Assembly (NCBI GenBank): GCA_963817525.1
Contig: CAWFOU010000001.1
Location: 704,001 to 768,000, forward strand
Length of the DNA: 64,000 bases
Direction of reading: 5' to 3'
Source of the DNA: an uncultured archaeon
GTDB lineage: Archaea; Thermoproteota; Nitrososphaeria; Nitrososphaerales; Gagatemarchaeaceae
How positions within the stretch are numbered: position 1 is the first letter of the stretch; each line of letters begins with the position of its first letter. Below the pieces are notes generated by a model, which saw only the letters and a program-made list of their open reading frames with translations, ran no database searches and was not told the DNA's origin. A program made the translations under genes and the position numbers. Positions 56,220 through 64,000 of this stretch are shown in pieces.

Positions 56220-57491
56220 GTGGCTGTCGCGACGATCGAGCTGGCGTTGACCGCGTTCGTGGCAGTCATGCTTCTCTCGCAGATCCTCTCGCTCAAGGCC
56301 AAGGTGCCGTACACGCTAATCCTGGTGTTCGTCGGCGTCGGGATTACGGCGCTGGCAACGGTCCCCTCATTGGGTTCGAACTCGGTCACGGACACGGTGC
56401 AAGGCGTGATCTCGCAGATGGGCTCCTTCTACACCACCCTAGTGGAAGGGGGCCTCTTCGTGGGCCTCGTCGTCCCGCCTCTGATCTTCGAGGCTATGGT
56501 GCACATCAAGGCTCCGGACTTGAGAGCCGTTATCAGACCCTCGGTCGTGCTCGCCACGGCTGGCGTGGTCGTCGCCACAATCGTTGGAGGATTGGTCCTC
56601 TGGCAGTGGGCGGGGTTGTCGTTTACTGTCTCCTTTCTTTTTGCTGCAATCGTAGCGCCAACCGATGTCGTGACCGTGCTCGAGGTTTTTCGCCGCGCTG
56701 ACGTCCCTTCAGAGCTCGCCACGCTCATGGACACGGAGGCGGCGTTCAACGACGCGACCGGCATCGTCATCTTCACGCTCGTTCTTTCGTCGATAGGGCT
56801 GTCGAGAGTCTCCATCCTCTCGGGTCTCTCCGTCTTTGGTTTCACCACGTTGGGAGGCGCCGTTGTCGGTTTCCTGATCGCCTTCGCGGCCAGAAGAGTC
56901 AGTAATTCAATCCAGGACAAGATGGCAACTGTGATTCTTACCATCTCGGCGGTCTATGGTTCCTATGTGTTCGCGAGCGGGGTTGGCGCCTCTGGACTAA
57001 TCGCCGTTGCGGTGGTCGGTCTGTACTTCGGCAACGTGACCATGAAGGCGGCGATGGGGCAGGAGACGCGAGACGCCGTGCTCTTCTTCTGGCAGATAGC
57101 GGCGTTCATCGGGACCTCGGTAGCCTTCCTCCTAATCGGATTCGAGACCAACCTTGTCATCCTCTCCCAATCGTTCTTCCTGATCATAACGGCATTTCTG
57201 GTGGTAACCCTGGCCAGAGCCGCCTCGGTATATCCCATACTCGCCATCTTCAATCAGGTTCGCGAAAAGATCCCCATCGTTTGGAGCAACGTGGCCATGT
57301 TGGGCGGTGTACGAGGGGCTCTCTCGATCGCACTTGCAGCATCCCTGACTGGGTCGGCTGTTGTCTCGGGTTCTGACGTCCGCACCATCACTACGATGGT
57401 TTTCGGTGTGGCCTTCTTGTCGATTGCGATTCAAACACCCTTACTGTCGCGGTACATCAAGAGAAAGTTTGGGAACCAGCAACTGTCCTGA
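56220..57491 (+). CDS. CPA1 (NhaP-like) Na+/H+ antiporter
   Basis: PPLIFEA, APTDVV, TEAAFNDATG, GGVRGAL. Confidence 0.93.
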   Translation: MAVATIELALTAFVAVMLLSQILSLKAKVPYTLILVFVGVGITALATVPSLGSNSVTDTVQGVISQMGSFYTTLVEGGLFVGLVVPPLIFEAMVHIKAPDLRAVIRPSVVLATAGVVVATIVGGLVLWQWAGLSFTVSFLFAAIVAPTDVVTVLEVFRRADVPSELATLMDTEAAFNDATGIVIFTLVLSSIGLSRVSILSGLSVFGFTTLGGAVVGFLIAFAARRVSNSIQDKMATVILTISAVYGSYVFASGVGASGLIAVAVVGLYFGNVTMKAAMGQETRDAVLFFWQIAAFIGTSVAFLLIGFETNLVILSQSFFLIITAFLVVTLARAASVYPILAIFNQVREKIPIVWSNVAMLGGVRGALSIALAASLTGSAVVSGSDVRTITTMVFGVAFLSIAIQTPLLSRYIKRKFGNQQLS

Positions 57492-57519
57492 GCTGTTCCA
57501 CTTTCCCAAAGTCGAGGGC

Positions 57520-58251
57520 CTACTTCCACTTCGTTAGTATCTCCTCTCTGTGGAAGGAGGCTGTCGAGACGAAGAAGAGCAGCGCGTCCACCGCGACCAA
57601 GGCTCCCGCGATTATCACCAGGTTGGTGGCGTCTCCCAGGTTGATCAAGTTCAGTTCTCCGGCGACGTACACCCCAATGAATGGAACGGCTGTCAGCCCC
57701 CCGAGTTGTTGTCCAGCCCTGACGTCGGTCACCCTCGAGGACATGATTACGCTCATCTGTACGCTCATCAACAGCGCGAGCGGAAGAAGCAACAGTATGA
57801 CGATGGCCGAATTCCAGTCCGGGAAGTAGTAGTAACCAAGCTTGCCCTTGGTGGTCAGGTCCATGAGAAGCATGAAGAGCGCGGATCCCCCCAGCGTCGT
57901 GGCCAGCGGTGGAAGGAAGGCGGTCATGCCCTTTCCGAGCAGTATCTCGCCGTCCGTCGTCGGCGTCGCAAGCAGCGGCTCGAGGCTCTTCTCGACCTTT
58001 TCGCCGGCGATGGTGTAGGATGCTATCGGAGTAGAGAGATACGAGCCCAGGATGACGTAGAAGAAGAGGAACGCAGGTAGCAGGACCATCAGCTCTGCGG
58101 GGGACTTCCTCTGGCCGACGAAGCCTATGACCGCGGGGATGAGAATGGCGACGAAAAGCGGAATGAAGACCAGCAAATAGACGATGCCCTTCTTCTTGCG
58201 GATAGTCTTGAAGTCCTTCGCCGCTATGATCCAGGACTGGGAGAGCCGCAC
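57520..58251 (-). CDS. ABC-2 permease lacking an intact ATPase partner
   Basis: AGEKVEKSLEPLLATP...EILLGK, FHREEIL. Confidence 0.9.
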   Translation of the reverse strand: MRLSQSWIIAAKDFKTIRKKKGIVYLLVFIPLFVAILIPAVIGFVGQRKSPAELMVLLPAFLFFYVILGSYLSTPIASYTIAGEKVEKSLEPLLATPTTDGEILLGKGMTAFLPPLATTLGGSALFMLLMDLTTKGKLGYYYFPDWNSAIVILLLLPLALLMSVQMSVIMSSRVTDVRAGQQLGGLTAVPFIGVYVAGELNLINLGDATNLVIIAGALVAVDALLFFVSTASFHREEILTKWK

Positions 58252-58256
58252 GGTCC

Positions 58257-58343
58257 TTAACTTTCCCCTTCCCTCACCAGCTTCGTGTAGACGTCTTCAA
58301 ACGAGAGGCCGGATCTCTTCGTGAGATTTTCAGGTTCAACCAT
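58257..58343 (-). pseudogene. Internally deleted ABC ATPase (N- and C-termini fused)
   Basis: MVEPENLTKR joined to SGLSFEDVYTKLVREGES*, directly upstream of the permease. Confidence 0.7.
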
Positions 58344-58373
58344 CCACCGGCATCACCGATGACGTGCCCCGCT

Positions 58374-58652
58374 CTACATACCCGCGCCTGAGCTCTGGAT
58401 AGGCTTGCCATCCACGAGCACGGTGAGTTTTCTCCCAAAGGCCCAGCGCGTCATTCCGAAGTCGACTTCGACCTTGTGGACCTCTGAACTCCCGACATCG
58501 AACGCGAACTTCTTCGCGCCGGGCGAGAAGAGGGATTCGTCAATGACCTTCTGGCCATCCACTTCGATACGGATTGTCTTCATGACCCGGTCGCTATCGA
58601 CTGTGAGCGAGTGCTTCTCCCCCTCGCCCACCTCGAACTTGGATTTTCCCAT
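58374..58652 (-). CDS. Hypothetical protein, internal two-fold repeat
   Basis: FEVGEGEKH / FDVGSSEVH and VDGQ / VDGK repeats. Confidence 0.65.
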   Translation of the reverse strand: MGKSKFEVGEGEKHSLTVDSDRVMKTIRIEVDGQKVIDESLFSPGAKKFAFDVGSSEVHKVEVDFGMTRWAFGRKLTVLVDGKPIQSSGAGM

Positions 58653-58840
58653 GGCCTTCCAAAGGGTCGAAGCGGATATAAGAAGTCTAAAAAGTAAAAA
58701 TTTTGTACCTGTGGCCGCATTTCATAATGTGGAAGCAGTAAGACAAAGAATGCACATGGTAGAGCCGAAATGATGGACTCGCTCAATAATCCAAAAAAAG
58801 CGGACCCAGGCGCTTAGCAAGCCGGTTGGGCGTGAAAAGT

Positions 58841-58862
58841 TGGCGGGCCCGGTAGGATTTGA
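58841..58862 (-). repeat. tRNA 3'-end fragment TCAAATCCTACCGGGCCCGCCA (att-type, probably tRNA-Arg)
   Basis: T loop, T stem, acceptor 3' strand, G73 and CCA with no matching 5' half; composition drops to the right. Confidence 0.75.
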
Positions 58863-59054
58863 CCACTTCAGTGTTCACATCTGCCAATCAAAAAGACCTG
58901 CGACGTCCAAGTCGACCATTGAACTTGGAGTAATCAGGTCGAGCCCGCCCAGTTCATATCAAAATCAACTGATCCCAAACCAATTGATTGGATTTATTTC
59001 AAACTCCTTGTGGGTTCGTCTGAACTCACCTTCTGCGACCTATTCTTAGCTACT

Positions 59055-59080
59055 GTCTTTTTACTCACTCCCAAGTTATT
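59055..59080 (+). promoter_or_regulatory. CTTTTACTCACT-type motif abutting TATA, copy 1 of 4
   Basis: Also at 61024-61047 (-), 63346-63361 (-), 63446-63461 (+). Confidence 0.75.
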
Positions 59081-59105
59081 AGTATGCTTAGTAAATCTCA
59101 ATCTT

Positions 59106-59414
59106 ATGGACTTCATAGTCGAGTTCGAACATTCGCCGGAATTTTGCCCGCATTCCAATACAGTGGCAAGGAAGCAATTTGAGGCAACCAGAAATCTATC
59201 CATGGCAAAGAAACTGGGCATAGAAGTGGTATTTGCGGGGATAGCAGTTCCGGAGCACAAGACCTTCATGGTTCTAAGGGCGTCGGATTTTAAGTCGGTA
59301 AGGAGTCTGTTCGTTAAAAGCGGAATTGTGCAAACAAACGATGTTAGGATTCGTATACTCGAATCTTTTGAGGAATTTGCAGAGGAGATCAAGTCTTCAA
59401 CTCCAATGTTCTAG
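59106..59414 (+). CDS. Small hypothetical protein with HxPExCP motif
   Basis: ATG about 25 nt after TTATTA. Confidence 0.7.
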   Translation: MDFIVEFEHSPEFCPHSNTVARKQFEATRNLSMAKKLGIEVVFAGIAVPEHKTFMVLRASDFKSVRSLFVKSGIVQTNDVRIRILESFEEFAEEIKSSTPMF

Positions 59415-59694
59415 ATGCATGACGAGGCTATCGAACATTGGCTTGAGATTTGGTGTGGGTTATTCAGGAAACCAGTAATGCCCGAGCGACCATCAGAAGG
59501 AGCACCATGGCAAGTTGCTCTAACTGGGACGACAATCTTGTTGCATGTTTCGAATCCATCCAACGGAAGTATAGAAGTCGAATCACAACAGCGCGACCAG
59601 GTTTACCTGTCAAACCCACGAATGAAGCACACTAGTCAATTGAATCTCGTGTCGCTGGATGACGGTACTGTAAGCAGGTCCGGCCCTTCAACTT

Positions 59695-60108
59695 CTATTG
59701 GGCCGAGTGAAACTCCTCGAGTATCGTGAACATTGGGTTGCCAGCCACCGTCTTTTCCACAGGAACCTCTTCCTGCAGCACGTCCCAATGCTCGACGACT
59801 GTATCGTTCTCAAATGGGAATATGTCTGCGCCCACAAGCGTTTTTGCCGTGCCCCCTACATAGCGGCCGTAAATCATGGCAATGTTTCCTTCAGCGAGGA
59901 CCACACTGGGCTCATAGCGCCGCCCCTCGGGGAGATTCTTAAGATAATTTCGCAATCCGTCCCGCTTGTCGGGGATGAGAGGATTGTGCTGAACGTAATC
60001 TGGCGAGAACCACTTCTCCAGTGCAGTAAAGTCTCGTCTTGCATAAGCACTAGTCAATACTTCAACAATCGCGGACTTGTTGCGCGATTCGAACCCTGAG
60101 CCTATCAT
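59695..60108 (-). CDS. SnoaL/NTF2-like protein
   Basis: DYVQHNP, ADIF, VVEHWDV. Confidence 0.85.
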   Translation of the reverse strand: MIGSGFESRNKSAIVEVLTSAYARRDFTALEKWFSPDYVQHNPLIPDKRDGLRNYLKNLPEGRRYEPSVVLAEGNIAMIYGRYVGGTAKTLVGADIFPFENDTVVEHWDVLQEEVPVEKTVAGNPMFTILEEFHSAQ

Positions 60109-60127
60109 CTGCTAAGTGGCCCCATGA

Positions 60128-60997
60128 TCAGGCCCTCGCCTTCACGGCGCTCGCCGAGGACCAGAGGATGAAGCGGTTGAGCCGCTCCGGATATAGCTCT
60201 AGCATCTCGTCATAAAGTTCTCTCGGCGTTGAACTTCTTCCGGCGAGAATGTCGAAATCACGGATATACTGCCGGGTCTCTTCGATGGCCTCGGGGCCGT
60301 TATCCGTCCCGGGCCGCTTGTGACCCGCTATCACAGCGCGGGGTTTGAGCGACTCGATCTTGTCCAAGGCCGAAATCCACTCGCTACGCCTCTGCGGATC
60401 CGACTCGGCGAGATACTGGTGGACGTCGTTGTATACGGCGTCACCCGCGACCACCAATCCAATCGACGGAACGTGCAGACACGTCGTGTCGTCCTTATCG
60501 CTGTGACCGAGTTCTACTGCAGTCAAACTATGTCCTTCCAGGTCGATAGTTTTCCCATCGAGTTCTTCAGCTATCTCGAGCCGGTCCGGTATCTGTCCAG
60601 GAAACATGCTCTTCCAGAAGCTCACCACTTCGGGAGAGACCTGCTGGCGCATTGCTTTGACTACGGCCGGGACGGCGACCACCTTTACGTTCGGAAAGCG
60701 GGCTCGGAGAGCCGAGGTGCCGAAGAAATGGTCACCGTGACCGTGCGTTATGTACACTGTCGTAAGTCTCTTGCCGCTATCAGCGACCCAATTTGCCAGG
60801 GTCTCACCCTGCTGGGAGGTGGTCGGGATATCGACGAGCACCGCATCTGTTTTGCCTGAAATGAGGGTCGACGAGGTAGGGGACCAGAACGTTTCCTTGA
60901 CTCCAGGCGGGGGATTGTTCGTGGCTATTGGGATCCCCGGGGTGACGAAGACGTCCCATCTTAATGGGACTTCCTGGTATTTGTTGTCGCGATCCAC
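60128..60997 (-). CDS. Metallo-beta-lactamase-fold hydrolase
   Basis: THGHGDHFFG, AGD, IAGH. Confidence 0.93.
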   Translation of the reverse strand: MDRDNKYQEVPLRWDVFVTPGIPIATNNPPPGVKETFWSPTSSTLISGKTDAVLVDIPTTSQQGETLANWVADSGKRLTTVYITHGHGDHFFGTSALRARFPNVKVVAVPAVVKAMRQQVSPEVVSFWKSMFPGQIPDRLEIAEELDGKTIDLEGHSLTAVELGHSDKDDTTCLHVPSIGLVVAGDAVYNDVHQYLAESDPQRRSEWISALDKIESLKPRAVIAGHKRPGTDNGPEAIEETRQYIRDFDILAGRSSTPRELYDEMLELYPERLNRFILWSSASAVKARA

Positions 60998-61050
60998 AAT
61001 TCAAAAAGCACGAAGTGTATTTATAACATGAAAGTGAGTAAAAAGACAGC

Positions 61051-61521
61051 TTGCAATCTCTGAGCCTAGAAAGCGAGTTCAGAAGAACGCACAAGAACTT
61101 GGAGACGAGGTACAAGAACGAGAATATCACGTACATGAATTGTCCTGTCGAGGCTTCTCTCGGAGTTTTGGGTAAGAAATGGACGATGGTGATCATCCGG
61201 GATATCGGTGTCTATGGGAGAGACAGGTTCAACCTCCTTCTCAAGTCATTGACTGGGATTCCTCCGAAGGTTCTCGCCACTCGGCTCAAGGAACTCCAGC
61301 AGGAAGGGTTCGTTACGAGAAACGCGGAGAAACGCGTTCCCCCTATGGTTGTAAGGTGGTCGCTCACGGAGAAGGGCATGGACGCGATAAGAATTGGGAT
61401 GATGCTCGCAGCTTTCGGGTCAAAATGGGATGCCGACACGGTATTCGAGGACAAGAAGCCTCGGAAGATGCTTGAGATCTTCAACCGAGAGGGAATGGAA
61501 CTGCTCATGAAGGACTTTTAA
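61051..61521 (+). CDS. HxlR-family regulator
   Basis: CPVEASLGVLGKKW, RFN.L, L..RLKEL, LTEKG. Confidence 0.93.
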   Translation: MQSLSLESEFRRTHKNLETRYKNENITYMNCPVEASLGVLGKKWTMVIIRDIGVYGRDRFNLLLKSLTGIPPKVLATRLKELQQEGFVTRNAEKRVPPMVVRWSLTEKGMDAIRIGMMLAAFGSKWDADTVFEDKKPRKMLEIFNREGMELLMKDF

Positions 61522-61599
61522 TCGATACTGGCTCTCGAAGCTCCGAACTTGTTCTGAATGGCTGAGTTTGTCGTGCTAAGCGGATGCTCCTAGAATCGG

Positions 61600-62451
61600 T
61601 CATTCGTTAAGAAAGATGCTCGCGTGTGACACGAACAGCTCCGGGTACTGAAACAGCGACGCGTGGCCGGAGTCTGGGAATAGGATGAGCTGCGCATCGG
61701 GGATGTGCTGAGCGAGCGTGAAAGAATTGACGGTCGGAATCATGATATCATGGCTTCCGTTCACGACCAGCGTCGGTTGAGTGATCGACCGGAGCTCAGC
61801 AAATCTTTCCCCTCTGGGCTCCAGCCACTCCCTTCTCGCCGCCTGCTGGGCCGCCATCGTCTGAGCTGAACTCGGGACATCGACGTCGGTCTTTCTACTA
61901 TGTCGACGTTCCCAGAAGGCCCTCCCGGCGGTCTGACCGCGCGGAGACGGGGAGAAGAACAGATACAGGAAGGCATCTAGACCGGTCTCGCCCGTAGAGG
62001 GGTCGGTCGAGGCTGCCAGGGGAGGGTAGTTTGTGTCCGACGACGGCTCGCCGTTGCGCGGACCGGTGCCCACGAGGAGAAGACGCCTGATGATTTTCGG
62101 GTGGCGAAGCGCCATAGTCTGAGCGATGTACCCGCCAATCGAGAATCCGAGGATGTCAACCAAGGAGAGTCCGAGGGCTCCAATGAAGTCGGAGGCATAA
62201 TCTCCCATCGCCTCGAACGTACTGGGCGTTTCACCGCTCGAACTCGCGACTCCTGCGTTATCGAATAAGATGACCTGGCGTTCCACGGCGAATCCGTCAG
62301 TGACAGCGGGATCCCAGTGGTCCATCCCGGCTCGGAAGTGCGGCATCAGGACCAGCGGCACTCCGACCTGTTTTCCGAACCGCCGATAGGCAAAACGGGT
62401 GCCATCCGCCTCTACGAACTGAGTCGGGGCGGTAACGTGCGTGCAGCTCAT
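61600..62451 (-). CDS. Alpha/beta hydrolase
   Basis: GFSIGG, NGSHD, PDSGH. Confidence 0.93.
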   Translation of the reverse strand: MSCTHVTAPTQFVEADGTRFAYRRFGKQVGVPLVLMPHFRAGMDHWDPAVTDGFAVERQVILFDNAGVASSSGETPSTFEAMGDYASDFIGALGLSLVDILGFSIGGYIAQTMALRHPKIIRRLLLVGTGPRNGEPSSDTNYPPLAASTDPSTGETGLDAFLYLFFSPSPRGQTAGRAFWERRHSRKTDVDVPSSAQTMAAQQAARREWLEPRGERFAELRSITQPTLVVNGSHDIMIPTVNSFTLAQHIPDAQLILFPDSGHASLFQYPELFVSHASIFLNE

Positions 62452-62458
62452 CTGGCCA

Positions 62459-63304
62459 TCAAGCGCCTAGAAACTCCGCTACATCGGCAGCGAACTCCGC
62501 GGCGTGCTGGAAAAGAAAGCCGTGCGCCGAGTCTGGATAGACTTTGATAGCGGATTGCGGTATCAGGCCCGCCAACAAATGCGAGTAGTGCGGGAGGATC
62601 ATCGGATCGCTGTCTCCGTTAACGATGAACACCGGCACGTCGATGGCGCACGCTTTTTGGAGTAACCCGTGGTTCGGAATCCCCCACTCGCAGACGGCGT
62701 CATACTGGCTCAAACGCGTCTCCCAGCTCACTGCCTTGTCTCGGTTTTCTTTTCTGGCATACATGCGGCCCAGCGCGCTCTTTCCCGATTGCCGGCTCGC
62801 CTCGGACGAAGTGAAGAAAACGCTCAGGTACTCTTCGGCGCTCGTCTCGGGTTTACCTACCGCCCCTATGACCTCTGGTGCCCAGCCGTGCATGCCCAGC
62901 GCGCCCTCCGGCGCCGAGGACGCCAGAACCAGCCTCCGCACTACGCCCGGCCGCAAGAGCGCAACTTCTTGTGCGACAAAGCTGCCGATGGAAAACCCGA
63001 GCAGGTCGACCTGCTTGAACCCCATCGAGGCAATGAAGGCCGTGGCCCCGTGTGCCATGTCCCTTATCGAGTGCGGGGTAGCGCCGGACGTGCCGCCCAC
63101 TCCGACGTTGTCGAACGCCACGACCCTGCGCACCGCGGCCAACGCGTCCACCAACGCCGGGTCCCAGCTGTCGAGGTTCCCTCTGAAATGCTGGAGGAGT
63201 ATCAGGGGCAAAGGTCCATTTCCTGCGTCCCGATAGGCGTATTCGACGCCGTTCGTTGCGCTGATTCGCTGGTTCGGAAGTTCGGAATAGGACTCGATTG
63301 TCAT
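62459..63304 (-). CDS. Alpha/beta hydrolase, paralog of the downstream gene
   Basis: HFRG..D.WDP, GFSIGS, PDSAHG; start MTIES after AAGGAG. Confidence 0.92.
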   Translation of the reverse strand: MTIESYSELPNQRISATNGVEYAYRDAGNGPLPLILLQHFRGNLDSWDPALVDALAAVRRVVAFDNVGVGGTSGATPHSIRDMAHGATAFIASMGFKQVDLLGFSIGSFVAQEVALLRPGVVRRLVLASSAPEGALGMHGWAPEVIGAVGKPETSAEEYLSVFFTSSEASRQSGKSALGRMYARKENRDKAVSWETRLSQYDAVCEWGIPNHGLLQKACAIDVPVFIVNGDSDPMILPHYSHLLAGLIPQSAIKVYPDSAHGFLFQHAAEFAADVAEFLGA

Positions 63305-63501
63305 TTCGGTTCTCCTTCCGTAGGAAGGCGTCTCGTAATAAGTAAGAAAGTGAGTAAAAGGAAAGTTTGCCTCCATTCCCTTCGAAAGTTCGAAGGGGCG
63401 ACGAGCCCAAGGAAAATACGCGCTTGCACCGTGCTGGGTAACTATCCTTTTACTCACTTTCTCATTTAATACGCAAATTCCTGAAGCAGACGGCGATAAA
63501 T

Positions 63502-64000
63502 ATGGCGCAGAAAGGTTCTCAGGTCAAGAACGTAGTTCTAGTACACGGCGCATGGGCAGATGGCTCCTCTTGGAGCGATGTGATCGAGAAGCTCCAGGAC
63601 AAGGGCTACAAGGTCAGCGCGCCTCAGTTTCCGATGAGTTCGCTGGCAAACGATGTCGCCCGGCTGCGCCAGGTGCTCGCTCTGCAAGATGCCCCGACCA
63701 TCGTCGCCGGCCATTCCTACGGCGGTCAAATCATGACCGCTCTCGGCACAGACGCCCAGAATGTGGTCGGTCTCGTCTACATCGCCGCGTTCGGAATAGA
63801 CCAAGGGGAGTCACTCGGCAAACTGTCTCAGGGACCTCCAACCCCAGCGCTTGCGCACGCATCCGTGGACAAACAGGGCTTCATGTGGCTGTCGGAGGAC
63901 GACTTTGTCAACCACTTCGCGGCCGACGTTAATCATAAAAAGGCGAAGGTCATGTTTGCCGTTCAGCAAGCCTTGTCGGCGACGGCCTTCACGGACGTCA
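63502..64000 (+). CDS. Alpha/beta hydrolase (runs off window end)
   Basis: Manual translation: VVLVHGAWADGSSW...VAGHSYGG. Confidence 0.9.
   Translation, partial: MAQKGSQVKNVVLVHGAWADGSSWSDVIEKLQDKGYKVSAPQFPMSSLANDVARLRQVLALQDAPTIVAGHSYGGQIMTALGTDAQNVVGLVYIAAFGIDQGESLGKLSQGPPTPALAHASVDKQGFMWLSEDDFVNHFAADVNHKKAKVMFAVQQALSATAFTDV

Larger units (their letters stand above)
58863..64000. mobile_element. Left part of a putative tRNA-integrated island
   Basis: Bounded by the tRNA fragment; lower GC, bacterial-type genes; other end outside the window. Confidence 0.6.

Noticed and set aside
58841-58950. Complete tRNA with a T-loop intron
   Set aside because: T stem would be mismatched (GCAGG/CCTAC) and no D arm or matching acceptor 5' strand is present.
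59415-59729. 104-aa ORF
   Set aside because: No motif and overlaps the SnoaL gene end; probably spurious or decayed.

Overview
GC-rich archaeal chromosome segment. A thaumarchaeal-type histone, rpS17e, Cgi121, deoxyhypusine synthase, a TFB-like gene and TATA promoters point to a Nitrososphaerota-like lineage (inference). The backbone carries coxAB, intron-containing tRNA-Cys, hppA, dys, a divergent Tad/Flp-like type IV pilus locus ending in a HerA/VirB4-like ATPase, adenylate kinase, msrA, tRNA-Glu, t6A genes, tpiA/gdhA/pfk/fba, ABC exporters, GH92 and a CPA1 antiporter. The main observation is a ~19.4 kb tyrosine-integrase element (13989-33408) inserted at a 7-bp core (TGGCACA) inside the pilus-associated HerA gene. 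It repairs the gene by supplying its own recoded 909-bp copy of the 3' half, while the native 3' half sits intact at the far end. Its cargo is an AbiE-like TA pair, domain-shuffled surface proteins, three membrane-tethered wHTH regulator/secreted-protein modules, a repeated 20-bp site, a second duplicated gene end and an IS6-derived mini-cassette carrying a passenger gene. An IS5 element, a tRNA-Glu islet and the left end of a second, tRNA-integrated island with its own TATA-adjacent motif are also present. All calls are by eye; no database searches were run.
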